DNA from: the human T2T-CHM13v2.0 reference genome, Homo sapiens
Reading direction: 5' to 3' (one strand)
Assembly (NCBI RefSeq): GCF_009914755.1
Contig: NC_060932.1
Length of the DNA: 64,000 nucleotides
Of the stretch, positions 28,163-44,558 are shown in pieces. Numbering within the stretch: the first letter of the stretch is position 1; each line of letters starts with the position of its first letter. The position numbers and the translations under genes were made by a program. The notes under the pieces are model-generated. The model was not told the DNA's origin. It worked only from the letters and a program-made list of their open reading frames with translations, and ran no database searches.

Positions 28163-30413
28163 CTTCTCATTACAGAGGAGAAGAAACTGAGACTGGAAGA
28201 GTGGAAGTCATTTGCTGGTAGTTCTGTGCAATTCTGTTATGTGGTAGAGATTATAGTACACATGCAGTTTGTATCATGCTTTTGCCATTTCAATACTTTT
28301 CAAAATACTTGAATTTAAATAAATATTTTAAAATAATAATCCATCATGTAAAAGAACCATGATTTGCTTAACCAGTACCTAATGGTGGACATTTAGGTTG
28401 ATTCATTTACTGAAAGAATCATAGAAACCCATTGAGGGTGTTTTGTCAGAGAAGCTCCTGATTCTACCTGAACTGAAGATATTCTTCAGTTGCATTTATA
28501 TCTGTCAAAGTCCACACTCCCCTGCATCTATTTATGAATACCAGATGGGCTATTTTTGAATGCTAGCACAGTAAAATAATGGCAACCTATTAAGGTCATT
28601 AAAGGAAGACTGCATGGAATTTATGATCAGTGGGCTGCCATTTATGCAACCAAGGAGGATCCATAAAATACAAGATAATCTGACATTGATTTGATTTCTG
28701 ATCTGAGTGAATGCCAAGGAACCCCTACATCTGTGGACATACGATGTTTTCCAAGCTCTTTTCCAATACTGTCCATTTTTGTCCCATCGATTATCATTTC
28801 CACTGCATCATTCAGGGATAAAATTAATTGCTAACTGCAAGGTTTCCTGAGTGCAGTCAGTTAATGCATAAGCCTGTTTACTGCATGCCAGATGGTTCCA
28901 CAGTTACTTAAGAAGGGACAAATATTGATAAAACAGTGTACAAAACTGTGCCACCAAACAATTCTATATAATAGATGTCTGAAGTGAGGGGACTTAGAGA
29001 AAAAAAATCTTGCAAGTAGTTACAGATTATTTCTTTGAAAAGCAATTAGGACTGCAAATGCCTTATTCTTTAACTTTAAGCTCTGCATGACAAGAGGATA
29101 ATTTTCTTAGATCCCTTTAAAATGAGTCTTACTTTCACATTGCCATTTAACAGGATAGACAAGGAGGAGTAAAATGGAGGATGCCCAAAAGTTTGCAAAG
29201 TGGGGGTGGCAAATGGACCCCTGGAGGTATTTCTATCCCCAGCCCTAGCAATGTTCGGTTTAGGGCACTGGAAGGGTACACCCTCTTCTGAGAACTCCTC
29301 TCCTGGAATCAATAACTACTGAAGGTGTTCTTCCATGTTTGGAGTGGCTGTCCGCACCTTTCATCCTATGTAGTGACAGAGGGACACTTGCTTGGCAGTG
29401 CTGTCAGAGTGACAAATACATCTATACATGTGCTACCAGGGGCTGGCGTGTTTTTCCAAAGGCTGTCACCCAAACAGTGTGCTTCTGCTATTCAGGGTGG
29501 ACTCACCATTGCAGAATCATTTTGAGAAACTGGTTATTGATTTTTCATCTTTCGGGCAAAAGGAGGTGGAGTGAAGTTGCTCTTCCTGCCAGTGGCTGCA
29601 TATGATACTGTCTGTGAATTAGCCCCGAGCTCTATTAAAATCAGCAAATACCATCTTGAAATTGTGAGGTTGCTCCTTTAGGTGAAAGCCCTGGAAACTC
29701 AAACAAAAATGCAAGTATGTAAGTATGTTGCCCGGGAGGGAGAACACAAGCAACTCTTATAAACCATTAACGTGTGCATGCAAATTAGATTATTACAATC
29801 ACTTTAGCATTGTAGCAAGATGTTTTGGGAATAGAGAGGAAGGGAAGCAGAACATCAAGAGTTATTGAGGGCTCTGGGTAACAGTGGACAGGAGGAAGGC
29901 ACTGTTCATCTCGGGGAAGAGACACTGATCAGAGATGGGATGGAGCAGGAACAGAGGGTCCCTAAGGGCACATTTCCTTCATAATACTGCCCTTACGAGA
30001 ACTAGTTTTGGTGTTTTTCTCTGTATCACCAACAGGGCTCTGTTCATGTTTTGAAAATTATAAATGTGTCTATGAATATTGATGAAAGGTGATGAAACAG
30101 GTATAAAATGTTACAGGGTCCCTGGAGAGATTTAGAGAGCCATTCCTTGATCATATTAGGAAATAGAATGCTCATTAACATTACCACTTTGGAATTACCT
30201 TGTAGACAAAACATTAGCATTTAGTTAAAATCTAAGTTATATTTCTGCATTTATAATTTGAGTAATTCTTTCAACTTGGGTAATAAAAGAAAAATTGTCA
30301 TATTTCAGTCACTAAAGAAATGCTCATAGGTGTGGCTTCTAACACCTTCATGTTCTTAATAATTCTGGTGAACTTGGCACTAGAGATTCATGTATTTCTA
30401 GGATGGATTATAG

Positions 30414-30738
<325 letters not shown>

Positions 30739-30859
30739 AAGTCTAACACTTTAAGAACGTTGAGTTCAGTGTTGCACAGGGCTTGTCAGTTATGACATTT
30801 GAAAACCTAGCGCAATATAAACAGAATGAAATTATTCTAGAATATTCTATTCTATATTA

Positions 30860-30985
30860 TTTCCTCTTTTTCCTCCCTTACTTCCTTCCTCCTTTCCTTT
30901 CTTCCTTCCTTCTTTTCTTCTGTCTGTCCATCCTTCCTTTTCTTCCCGTGTTTCTTTGTGTCCTACCTTTCTTCCTTCCTTCCAA
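30860..30985. repeat. CT-rich low-complexity (CCTT)n-like tract
   Basis: Polypyrimidine run of degenerate ccttc units. Confidence 0.8.
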
Positions 30986-32511
30986 TGACAAGTTGTAACT
31001 TTTCATTACACACTAAGCTTTCCTGTCAGGTAAACAATTTCATGCTTCCTGTTTCTCATGTATACAGCTTCCTTTTGAAGGAAGGTGACAGGCAGAGGAT
31101 TTGCATGGTGATCAGAAATGGCTACTTAGAAGAACTGGCCATTGCTTTGATTTTAGTCACAAATATAATTGTATCTATCTTTACATTTTTCTGATACTAT
31201 ACGTAAAAAATCATATTTTAGAAAAAGAAATCACTGAGAAAATCAATCTGTTGGGCCCATAGACTTGAAAATAAGCCTCAACTCTCTGGACAAGAGGTGA
31301 CATTTTCAACATTTGAGAAATGAGAATTGAACCAAGTAAACAGTGTATATTGCTTTATGTTTTATATTGCTTTTCAGGATTCCTGAAAATCAACAAATTA
31401 TGTCTGTTGTGGCTAATGGTCGTGAAGGAGGATAATTGGTACAAGTTAGAAATGGTACCCTGGGCCCCCTTTTTAAAACTTTCTCTGTTATATTACAGAA
31501 GGTGATTATTTAGAAGTGGAAGTTTATCCAGTCAATCACTCCCCAAGAGAACTGCCAGAGTTTTAGTTTCATATGACTTCACTAATTTAAGTGTGAGACA
31601 AAAATATAGTGCAATATGACAATAATTTGAAAAACACCAAATCAGTAGGTTTCATAACCTCTGAGAGCTCCAGTTTCATTTTTTTAACCCAGAAAATAGT
31701 AGCTGCTCCAGGGTCTAGAGAAATACATTCTTAATTGGTCTTCGGCATTATACTTATTCCAGGTAAATAAATGCCAAAGGTGTGTTAGTTGATAATGTTG
31801 AAGGTCATTAACTCTGACAATTGCACCATGTCCTCAAAATTATGTTTATCTTGACTGGCTGTATATCTAAAAATGTAGCCAAGCAGATAGAGAACAGGTC
31901 TGGTCTTGAGATTAAATAGTGAAAAACATTACAGCCTGTAATATGTAAAAATCTAGGGACAATCTATGCTTACAGAGTACAATCTTTGCATTTTATGGGT
32001 TTTAAAATTTATTTGCAGTTTTAATAGCATTCACATTTATAGCACAAGTATTTTGATTTCCACACTAATAGTGAAAATGCAAAATATGGTTTCTGAAGGT
32101 TTTCAGTATTCTAGTTAATATTTTCCCAGATAGAGGAAAAACAAGTTTAGTGATATTGAAAAGCTTAAGCCAGGTAACAGAGAGTGGCAATGAGTAGATG
32201 TCACTATTCTAGCAATTAGTTGTTCTTTCTGGGAAACATAGGCAAGGAAAGGGAAATTTTTTTTTTCTTAAGCTATATTGTTTTTTAAAAAATTCTACCA
32301 CTAGAAGAAGCAGCTTAGTCTTATGCCATTTTTAGTGTCCTTGAGGTCAGGGATTCAATTATGAGGCTTAATATGCCAAATCTTAAATATATTTACTAAT
32401 GATAGAAATTGGTGGAGGACAAAAAAGGAAAGAACTAATACTGAATATGCTTCCTGGCACTTTGAAAACAAGTGATTATTATAGCATTATCTTAGAATTG
32501 TTATTAGTATG

Positions 32512-32864
32512 TGATAAGGTTTGGCTGTGTCCCCACCCAAAATCTCATCTTGAACTGTAATCCCCATAATCCCCATGTGTCAAGGGAGACACCAGGTGGA
32601 GGTAATTGAATCATGGGGCAGTTCCCCCATGCTGTTCTCATGCTGGTGAGTTCTCACGAGATCTGATGGTTTTATAGGCATTTGGTAATTCCTCCTGTTC
32701 CACCTTGTGAAGAAGTTTCCTTGCTTCCCCTTCACCTTCTGCCATGATTGTTTTCTGAGGCCTCCCCAGCTATGCTGAACTGTGAGTCAATTAAACCTCT
32801 TTCTTTTATAAAATTACCCAGCCTTGGACAGTTCTTTATAGCAATGTGAGAATGGACTAATACA
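32512..32864 (+). mobile_element. THE1 (THE1C/D-like) solo LTR
   Basis: tgataaggtttggctgtgtccccacccaaaatctcatcttgaa ... gaatggactaataca; TSD GTATG/GTATC. Confidence 0.92.
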
Positions 32865-33312
32865 GTATCTGACAGATAAGAAGAAACTAAGGCTTAGACA
32901 GGCTCATGTAGCCTATGTGTGGCAGAGCTAAGATGTGAAGCCAAGGTGTCATCCATTACACTGTAGTGAGTGAGCGTCTGATCACCCAGCACCCTGTGGC
33001 AAGACCCATCTCAGTATCTCCATTGCTACTGTAATTGAGTATGGAGTGAAAAGTAAGGATATGTTCTATAGCAAATATGTGGAGGATACGAAGAGACCTA
33101 GGGGATAAACATTCCTTGACATCCTATGAAACCACCAAAGCTACAGTGCATCTGTTCAGGATTCTACAAAACAGACAAAAAGATGATTAAATAATTGAAG
33201 GGAAGAGGTTCTTAGACCAATCTTTTGAGGCAACAGATTGCTATTCGGTAAGTTGTGGGCATAAGGTAAGGCTTCAAACCCAGTACGGTTCTACTATTAT
33301 TCTTTTAGTCCT

Positions 33313-33719
33313 TTATATAGTGTAGATATTTGTCTCCTCCAAATGGCATGTTGAAATGTGATTCCCAATGCTGGAGGTGGGGCCTGGTGGGAGCTGTTAG
33401 GGTCATGGGAGTGGATCCCTCAGGGTGGCTTGGTGCCCTCCACATGGTAATAAGTTTTTGCTTTATTGGTTCACATGAGAGCTGGTTGTCTAAAAGATGC
33501 TGGCGTTTCTTTAGCTCTCTCTCTCACCATGTGACTGCCTGCTCCTTGTTTGCCTTCCACCATGAGTAAAAGCCTCCTGAGGCCTCACCAGAAACTGAGC
33601 AGATGCGAGTGCCATGCTTGTGGTACAGTCTGCAGAACCATAAGCCGAAATAAACCTCTTCTTTATAAATTACCCAGTGTCAGGTATTCCTTTACAGCAA
33701 CACATATCAGACTAATACA
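33313..33719 (+). mobile_element. MSTB-like solo LTR
   Basis: MST body; perfect 5-bp TSD GTCCT. Confidence 0.88.
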
Positions 33720-35372
33720 GTCCTTTAATTCGATAAAGCTTTGGGGCCAGAGAGGAATTAAAAATATCCCTGGGGTATATTAAATCTGCTCAGAAGAAAG
33801 CAAAGAACTAGAATAGAGTTGAGGCACCAAATATTTTTAGTAGCAGAAGAGCTAAGGAGGAAGTGGAAACAAAAGGACTTCAAAGACAAATTAACTTCAC
33901 ATTTGTCCTTGGTAAAACGGGCTACCAGATTATTGTAGAGAGCAAAACAAGTGTGTTTGAATGGTCTGCCTTTCCCAGTTGATTTAATATGTGTTATGGA
34001 CATACTTTTCCAGATCTCTGGTTTGACAGGAATGAATACATATAAAAATATCATCTTATTATTATGTTAAAATTCTTTGAGCATGAGAAATTATGACCAA
34101 AACTGACAAAATCATGAGGTCCATCAATGTCTTGTAGGCTGAAATGCAAAAACTAGGTAAAAGGTCCAAATATTACTGATAGGTGACAGAATCTCTTCAG
34201 CTACAGAAAAATAAGTAGAGAAGGGAGGAAAAGAGATAGTGTTGTTATCATGTTACAGATCGTGTCTGACATAGAGAACACAGACCCGCAACATACACAT
34301 TTAGCACCTGGATTAGAGGCAAGATTCATATATTCTGCAAAATGGCTTAGTTCAGTCACTCAGTGAATCAACACATTGCCTTAAGACATAGAACAGTTGG
34401 CAGATGAAGCAAGCTCTTTGTTGCTGTCTTTGCCTGTAGCTAAGGGAGATTACTCCTGGTAATCTTTTCAACAATGTGAGTATAACAAATTGCATCTCCT
34501 TTTTTTTGCTGTATTCTAAAGGTGAGAGAAGATATTCAACTTGAGGTCCATCTTCTCTTCCTTCCTCGCTCAGCCTGCAAACACTTTCTGTGTAGTTTTC
34601 AGATCAGGGCACTTATGGAAAGTCCTGGGCATCATAAAAAAATGTGCTGGACAAAGAAATTGGGCCTCTTAGAAAAGATCAGTGGTGAAAAGCAAACAAA
34701 TTAGCAGACAAAATATAAATTTAGATTCCTTCAGATAGGCAAAGCAATCTGTTTACAATTTCTGCTTTTATATCACCTTTCTCTTTAAGTGTGTGTACAT
34801 TGTGTATTTTAATTGAATGTTACATGAAGGAATTAACTCCTACCTTACCCCCTGCTGCTGAGGTGTACAGTTAATTTTAAATGACATACCACTTCCTCAA
34901 AATCACAGCTAGCTTTTGGCCCTAAAGTGCTACAACAGACATTAAGAAAAGTAGAACTGGGTGAGGAAGAAGACAGGAGGTAGGAATATGTTAATCTGTC
35001 AGCAGGAAGTTTTTGAAGATGTCTGGAGTTAAATGTAAGAGACGAAAAGTGTTATGAACAAGACACAGATACAATAAAGGTAGGAATAAGCATTTGCAAC
35101 AGGAGGCATCTCCAAAAAGAAGGGGGTGTAAATTCAAAAGTGCTAAAATGCCTTCCCAACTGAAAAGATGTCTACTGGCTTTTGCCAGAAATTACAACGT
35201 TAGCTATTCCAGCTCGGTGGGGTGGTTCCTTTCACTCTGCTAGATCACAGGATTTTGGAGTTGAAAGAAATTAAAGGAAATCTGCATGAAGGTTTTGAAT
35301 GGTTTTGACTATTCCTTGACACCTGAGAGAGGCATCCTTATGAGTGATGGTGGCTTCTTATGGCAGCAATTG

Positions 35373-35375
<3 letters not shown>

Positions 35376-35405
<30 letters not shown>
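35376..35405. repeat. (TG)15 microsatellite
   Basis: Perfect run. Confidence 0.97.
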
Positions 35406-35406
<1 letters not shown>

Positions 35407-35547
35407 ATGTGTGTACACATTCGGAAGAGAATATAGAAGGCCTTAAAGGGGCGTTTCAAAATGGCTGTGATTTGGAGATACGTGATTTGAAAATATTCCC
35501 CAGGTACTGAATGGTGATTTTTGTCATCATCCCCTTAAGAAACAGTG

Positions 35548-35724
35548 ATTAGTAGTTTTCAAATCTATCATGCATCAGAGTCACAAGAAAGGCTTACTTA
35601 AACACCAGTTGCTGCCCTCCATTCCTAGAGTTTCTGATTCAGTAGGTTTCAGGTGGAGTCTGAGGATTTACATTTCTATTAAGTTCACAGAGGAGGCTGA
35701 TTCTGCAGGGCTGAGAACTACTGA
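35548..35724. mobile_element. MER5A (hAT-Charlie)
   Basis: tgcatcagagtcac ... agagtttctgattcagtaggt ... tgagaactactg. Confidence 0.8.
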
Positions 35725-36446
35725 TGTAGTTCAGTTGGATCCAATTGCACCTTATTTATTTTCTCTCCACATTTTACAGATGAGGAAACTGAAGTCTCAA
35801 CATAGTAAGGGGCTCCATGTGTTTTGACTCCAATTCCAGGCTTCTTGATGCCAATCAAAGTGGTATTTAGAAAGGAGACCTTTCTCAAGAGTGGCCCAGC
35901 AGGTGTGTCAATCATTCATAGCTAACCAGCACGTGGGTCAGATGTACTGCAGCCCAGAGACATTGCCATCCCAGAATTTGATAAATGTCTTTTATATTGA
36001 TGTTTTTCACCACAAATAGCTCTCTTTGGCATGCTGAGAAGTTCGTTATATTAGCCAATGTTTTCTCCATTTTAATCACTTAAAATGAAGGTTTATTTTT
36101 TCTCTTTAAAAATAGTATTTGTGCATGTTGAAAATATAGTAGCAGTGTAAGGGGGAAAGTAATAACCTTTAATTTTACCACCTAGAAATAATCACAGTGA
36201 CTATTTTAAAGATTTTGAGGTTAATTTTTTGTTTAATAGAGTTGTATAGGGTTTTAATTTTTTCCCCTCAGTACTCTTTAAAAAGCAGGTATCAATTCAT
36301 AGATTCATGTGAATATGTAATTCATATACCATACAATTCACCCATCTAACGTGTACAATTCAGTGGCTTCTCATGTACTCACAGAGTTGTGGAAGCATTA
36401 CCACAACCAATTAAAACATTTTTGTTAACCAAAAGAAGCCATGTAC

Positions 36447-37168
36447 TGTCAGGTTCACAACTACACCAAATGTCATGTTGAGGTCCGAAGGGAGTGGGTA
36501 GATGAGCAGTAAGAACACTAGGGGGGTGCTAAGCAGGTGAAAGATGATTTTATTCAGCAGCAACTCTCATCAGCAGCTTTCTTACACTAGCTCTCTACAC
36601 TGCTCGCCTTTATCTTTGTGCCTGCTCCGGCTCTGTGGCTCCTGCCGCCCCCACTCCTGCAGCTGTATGGCCGGCTCTCCCTTAGCTTCAGGGTCAGCAG
36701 CTTGACTCTTTCTCTCTTTGGGCACGAGCCAGCCCAGCTGTGTCCTGGCTCCCCTCTGTCCATCTGCAAAGACAGACAGCTCTGAATCTCTCTCTCTTTC
36801 TCTGGGTGCCCGTGCCTGCAGTGTCAGGCATTAGCCACCACACCCAGGCATATGATTTTATATACGTGAAACATCCAGAATAGGCAAATCTACAGAGACA
36901 GAAAGTAGTATATTAGCAACTTCCCAGGGCTGGAGGAATGTTTGGCAGGTGTGGAGGGGAGTGACTGCTAAGGCTATGTGTGAGGGCAATTATACCTTTT
37001 ACAGACAATAGTGGCATAGAGCCAAGGGATGGCCTTCCCATGTTATGGCTACATGGCTGTGTTAACAAGTGGAGTTACACGGCTGCGCTCTGAACTTGCT
37101 GAGTCACACAAGATGTAAACATCCTACCTCAGCCTACCCTTGACCGAAGCACAGCCATGTTCCTTACA
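36447..37168 (-). mobile_element. LTR18B-like (ERVL) solo LTR containing a ~160-bp inverted insertion
   Basis: TG...CA termini; antisense polyA tttatt near 36549; TSD TGTAC/CATAC, both explainable as CpG decay of CGTAC. Confidence 0.75.
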
Positions 37169-37295
37169 CATACCCTTAGCAGTCACTCTCCTCCACACCT
37201 CCCAAACATTCCTCCAGCCCTGGGAAGCTGCTAAGGTACTACTTTCTGTCTCTATGGATTTGCCTATTATGGGTGTTTCATGTAAATAGAATATG

Positions 37296-38087
<792 letters not shown>

Positions 38088-39516
38088 TGACTATTATGAA
38101 TGATATTGCTTTAAATATTTGTGTAGAAGTTTTTGTGAGAATGTGTTTTCTGTTATCTGGAGTATATACCTAAGAGTGGAATTCTTACAGCAAATAGCTA
38201 CTTTGTTTCACTTTTTGAGGAGCTGCCAGACTATTTTCTAAAGCAGATGCACCATTTTACATTCCAAGCAGCAAAATATGAGGGTTCTAATCTCTCCACA
38301 TCTTTGTGAACACTTGTTATTATCTGACTTTTGATAATAGTCATCTTAGTAGGTGTGAAGTGGTATCTCACTGTGATTTTGATTTGCATTTCCCAAGTGG
38401 CTAATAATGTTGAGTACCATTTCATGTGCTTTTTGATGATTTATTTATCATCTTTGGAGAAATGTCCATTCAGATCCTTTGCCCCTTTTCAAATTAGTTT
38501 ACTTATCCTTTTATGACTGAGTTGTAGAAGTTCTTTATATATTCTAAATACAATTCCCTTATCAGATACATAATTTGAAAACATTTTCTTCCATTCTGTG
38601 GGTTTTCATTTTCTTGATAGTTGTCTTCACTTCCTTTGAAGCACATTTTTTTTTATTCTGATGATGTCCTTTTTATCTTTTCTTGGTCACTTTTGTTTTT
38701 GGTGTCACATCTAAGACAGCTTTGCCTAACCCAAGATCATTCCTATGTTTTCTCCTGAAAATTTCAACTTTAGTTCTTACATGTTTTTAGGTCTGTTATC
38801 CATTTTGAGTTAATTTCTGTGCATTATATAAGGAAAGGGCCCAGCTTTATTCTCTTGCGTGTGGATATCCAGTTGTCCTAGAACATTTATCAAAGAAGAC
38901 TGTTCTTTGCCCATTGACTTGTCTTGGCATCTTGCATATAATTTTGTGTCATGTTTTTGCATAAAATTTTAGGAACATTTCTCTATGGTTTTAGATATAG
39001 TTCCCTATTTTAAATGAGTTTAAGTCCCTTGGTAGATGTACTTTCCTACCTGCTCTCAAGAGTTATTTTAGAAAAACTGCCCTCCCCACCACTTGCACTG
39101 AAATAGAAGCCCTGTACAAATCATGTGACCTCATATTTCTCCATCACAACTGACTGGACTAAGGAGTGGGGGTTTTAGGGAGGACTCCAACTTACACACT
39201 TAAAACCACTGGAAAGACAGAAGCAGGAAAAGGCAGATGTTAGCTTTATTACTGATAAAGAATTGGAAAATATGACTCTAGAACTTTGGCCAAAGCAGCT
39301 TTCTAGCATTTTCTCTCACTCCTGCCCTAAGTCAAGACCTTGTAAAAGCCAACCTGGGTGAAACTTTGATTTTGTAAAGCACAGATCCGGGGTAAAGAAA
39401 GAAGCCAAAAGAGCAGTAATCTGGTGCTTGTAGTCCCACTTGAGAAATATAGACAAATGAATGTCACCTCTACGGGGAAAAATAATAAGAGGGGAAGAAG
39501 CAAGGACTACTAGTCC

Positions 39517-39575
39517 AGTGTAGTCATTCTCTAACTTTAGCATGCATCAGAATCAACAGGAGAGATTGCTCTGAA
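39517..39575. mobile_element. MER5A left part
   Basis: ttctctaactttagcatgcatcagaatcaacaggagag; appears to continue at about 43810. Confidence 0.6.
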
Positions 39576-39715
39576 AATTTACTTTTATAACTTTTTATTT
39601 TGAAAGGATTTTAAATTTATAGAAAAGTTGCAAAAATAGTTCCCATATACTCTCCATTCAGCTTTTCCTAAGCAGAGTACAGTTACCAACAATAGAAAAC
39701 TAATATTGATGCAAT

Positions 39716-40510
39716 ATATTAGTCAGCTCAGGCTGCCATGACAAAATATCATAGAGTGGATGGTTAAACAACAGAAATTTATTTCTCACAAATTTAGGAG
39801 TCTGAGCAGTCCAAGATCAAGGTGCTGGCAGATTCAGTTACTGGTGACGTTTCCCTTCCTGTCTTGTGGTTGCTGCTTTATTACTGTGTCCTAATATGGC
39901 AGAAAGAGACTGCTTTGATCTCTGGCTCATCCTTTGAGGGTATCAATCCTATCAGAGACCGCACTCTTATGACCTCATTTAACCTAATAACTTCCTAAAA
40001 TCCTGTCTCTCAATACAGTCATACTGAGAATTAGGGCTTCATTCAACATATACATTTGTGGTGACAAATTCAGTCCATAGCATTCTGCTCCAGCTCCCTG
40101 CAAATTCATGTCCTTCTCATATATATAACACTTTCATTCCATCCTAACAGCCCCCAGAGTCTTAACTAATTCCAGCATCAATTCTAATGTCTAAAGTCCA
40201 AAAGTTCATTAAATCAGATATGAATGAGACTAGAGGCAAAATTCTTCTCCAGCTGTGAATCTGTAAAACTAGACAAGTTATGTTCTAAAATATGGTGATA
40301 AGCAGACATAGAAAAAACATTCACATTCTAGAAGGGAGAAATAGGAAAAAAAAAGACATAACGGACCCCAAGCAAATCCAAAACTTAGTAAGGCATATTC
40401 CATTAGATCTTAAAGCTCAAGAAACAATCATCTTTGGCTTAATGCCCTGCCCTCTGGGCCACTTGGGATGGCAGCATCTCCTCCAGAAATCTTGGCTGGA
40501 GTCATTCTAA
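39716..40510 (-). mobile_element. MLT1A-like LTR (39716-40082) plus MaLR internal sequence
   Basis: tattagtcagctcaggctgccatgacaaaatatcatag ... aattcagtccatagca, then MaLR-int caaattcatgtccttctca. Confidence 0.85.
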
Positions 40511-40965
40511 CAGGTTCAAATTTGGCAATGTGTACTTCCCTAAAAAAAAAAAAAATCTATTTCACCTAGGTTTTGAAATGTATTTCCATAGCTGTCTGCA
40601 ATGTATCTTATTTTTAATTTCTGTGGTTGTCTCTCCATTTTATTTCTTATTTTACATATTATGATTTCTCCCCCTTTTCTCTTTCCAGGTAGGTTAGTGG
40701 CTTGTCTATTATTTTTTAAAAAAATAGATTTGATTTGTTGATTAGGTCTGTGGTTTCATTATTTTCTGCCTCGTTGATTTATACTTTTATTTCTTCCTTG
40801 GTTCTTTCTTTTGTTTTGTTGTTTTTTTCTATTTTTTCATCTGGTACTTAACTAATTTATTTTCATTCTTTTACTTCACTATAGCATTTGATAGAAATGT
40901 TCAGTGCTATAAAGTTTACTCTGATCATGACTTTAAATGTGTTTCATAGATTTTTAGTATGTTGT

Positions 40966-41655
<690 letters not shown>

Positions 41656-42649
41656 GTAGTGTTTTCATTTTATATTATTAAAATTTTGTAATTTTAGTTT
41701 GAAGAATTAATAGAAGTGTTTAAAATTTCTAGATTTAAGAGCTGTCATGTTGTTAGTAATCTCTAACTTTGTCATACTGTAATCAGAGAGTGGTGTTTGA
41801 AATATTTGTACTGTAAGAAACAATGATTTTAAAAAATCTAATATGTGGTTAATTCTTATAAATGTTCCATGAACGCTTCATAAGGTGCATTCTCTATTAT
41901 CAGGTGTAGAAATTGACATAGACCTGTAAGATCTACCTTGCTGGTTATGTTGCTTATGCCTTATACTTTTTGTTCATTTGATTTGACTTGTACTGTGAAT
42001 GGTATATTTGAGTCTACTATTTTTAGTGGGTTTCCACTTATTTCTCCTTGTATCTACTGTATTTTTTGCTTAATGAAAATAGTTGGTGTGTTATTTGGTG
42101 CACAATTATTCACAAATTTTAGATGTTTGTAAATTGTCAATTTAGTATTAAAAAATGCACTTGTCATCTGTTTTGGCTTGAATTCTATTTTGACATCAGG
42201 ACTATTTTCCTCATTTCTTTTTCTTTCCATTTGCCTTTATAGCTTTGTCTACCACTTATTTTTCAGCTTAATTTTTTTAGGTTTGGTTCTTGTATCAAAA
42301 ATATAGTTGGGATTTATTTTATGAGCCAAATTGGGATGCTTTTAAAGTTAATATGTAGGTTAAGCCTGTTCACTTTTATTGATCTAATATGTTTGATTTT
42401 AGATTTTTTAGTCATATATATTTATTTTATTTCCAGTATTTTTTCCTCCACAATATTTGTGTCCTTTGCCTTTATTTTTCTAAAAAAAATGTTTAGTAAT
42501 GTTTGCATTTTTGTTCTAGTTTTATATTTAAATGCACTTAGCCTATTGTTTTACTATTTAATATTTTCTTATCTGGTTTATCAGTTTTTGTTGATATCTT
42601 TTAAGTCCTACCTATTGCCTAAATATCAATCAATTATTTTCTATTATTT

Positions 42650-42830
42650 CTATTATGGAGGGGAGAGTTTTTATTTTTATGGGAGTGGGGTGGAGGTGGG
42701 TAGTGTTACTGACATCTAGTGAATAAAGGCTGGGAATACTGCTAAACATCTTATGATTTATAAACAGCTCCAAAAACAAAACAGAATTATCCTCCTAAAA
42801 TGTCAATAGGCCCAAAGTTGAGAAGCCCTA
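42650..42830. mobile_element. MER20-like hAT transposon
   Basis: gttactgacatctagtg...ctgctaaacatc...aaaatgtcaatag...gttgagaagccct. Confidence 0.75.
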
Positions 42831-43809
42831 GCATGTATTCTATTTTGTAAAGAGCTTACCATCAGACCTTTTGCTGAAGTTTTCTTAATCATCTTCTGGT
42901 TGGGTAAACCTCATCCTTTGTAGACTACATCATGCAGAATTCCTCAAGTTCTTCTATGTCATCAATTGTTTCATGTCGTTAAGTACTTGTTTGAGAATAT
43001 TTAATTCCATTTGGACTATTGTTTTACAGTTTTCTTCTGTTTTGTGGTCAATTTTTATGAGGAGAAAGGGGAATTTCCCTTAGTATGTGTATTGACATTT
43101 CTTGTCTGACTTTTTGTAATACCTCTGTATGAATGTGTTAGTTTTAATTTTAATTAATTTTTTGTGGTATTGGGTGTTTTACAAGAGTCCTAGCTTAATA
43201 ATTCCTCTTCTATGAGATATTTTGATAGATTTTGTATGTTTTGTGGTAAAAGAGGGATTATGAAGTGTCTGTGTGTTTTACCTTTTGAGTTACAGAACTC
43301 AGTTTTTCTTCTTTGCTTTTTTCTAATATCAAAGGATACTTGTTTCTTCTTTTTCTCACCTATAATTTATAAGTTTGAAGACTGAACCTTCAAATTGCAC
43401 ATACTTTTAAGTCTTTCACCCTGTAGTCTGTGCTCTGATCTACCTGGATAATTTCTTAATAATTTTGGACTGAAAGTAGACAGTCTCTCTCGTGGTGTAT
43501 TTAGTTCGAACCAGGTCTCCTTCTCTGGCTTTTGTTTTCTGTCTTCCCTGAAGTCTTTCTTAGTTTTTCTTTGCATGGCCAAAACCCTGCTGTGTAGCAG
43601 GGGTAGAGTGGGAGTCAGAAATAGTGGACTGAGATTTGGCCATTTTTCATTTTTTATTTACAGTTATTTTGAAGTTTGGGCATTCGCTTAAAGTTATACT
43701 GAGGGCATGACTTGTGGAGACTTTTTAGTATTCCATATTGTTTTCTGGAGGGAATATTAGGAGATAGAAAGATAGGTATCCCCATCATCCTCAGGAACCT
43801 GGAAGTTCT

Positions 43810-43970
43810 AGAGGGTTTGTCCAAACAGGCTGAAATACTGGTTATTAAAACACTCCTAGAGTTTCTGAGTCAGTAGGTCTGGGTTGGGCCTGAGGAATTT
43901 GCACTTTTAACAAGGTCTCAGGCAATATTTGATTCTGCCGTTCTTGGAACCACACATTGAAAAACCACTT
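43810..43970. mobile_element. MER5A right part
   Basis: agagtttctgagtcagtaggtctggg...ttgcacttttaacaag...accacacattgaaaaaccact. Confidence 0.75.
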
Positions 43971-44177
43971 GTTTGGTACAAAAGCAGCCACTTGGAAAAG
44001 TAAAACAAGAGGAAAGGATTATTTCCCATTTCACAGGGGTGTGCACCTGACCTAAGGAGGATAGGTGATGCTTAAGCCGATTGCCTCCTTCTGAACTGGC
44101 TTTAGAAAAACATATGTCTGATGAAATTATCTTAGAAACTTAAACTATGACATTGTGGTAAGAAGAGATGAAGCCAT

Positions 44178-44558
44178 CGCCATAAAAAAGAATGAGTTCA
44201 TGTCCTTTGCAGGGCCTTGGATGAAGCTGGGAGCCATCATTCTCAGCTAACTGACACAGGAACAGAAAACCAAACACCACATGTTCTCACTCATACGTGG
44301 GAGTTGAACAATGAGAAGACATGGACACAGGGAGGGGAACATCACATACTGGGGCCTGTCGGTGGGTAGGGGGTAAGGGGAGGGAGAGCATTAGAACAAA
44401 TAACTAATGTATGCAGGACTTAAAACCTAGATGACAGGTTGATAGGTGCAGCAAACCACAATGGCACATGTATACCTATGTAACAAACCTGCACGTTCAG
44501 TACATGCATCCCAGAACTTAAAGTAAAATAAAAATAAATAAATAAATGAAAAATAAAT
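44178..44558 (+). mobile_element. L1PA7/8-like 3' end
   Basis: L1PA 3' UTR with A-rich tail; TSD AGAAGA(G/A)ATGAAGCCA at 44161-44176 and 44559-44574. Confidence 0.93.

Noticed and set aside
29076-29605. Cluster of ORFs in unique sequence as a processed pseudogene
   Set aside because: No recognisable protein, polyA tail or TSD
42321-42719. 132-aa hydrophobic membrane-like ORF
   Set aside because: T-rich antisense old L1 sequence gives F/L/I-rich frames
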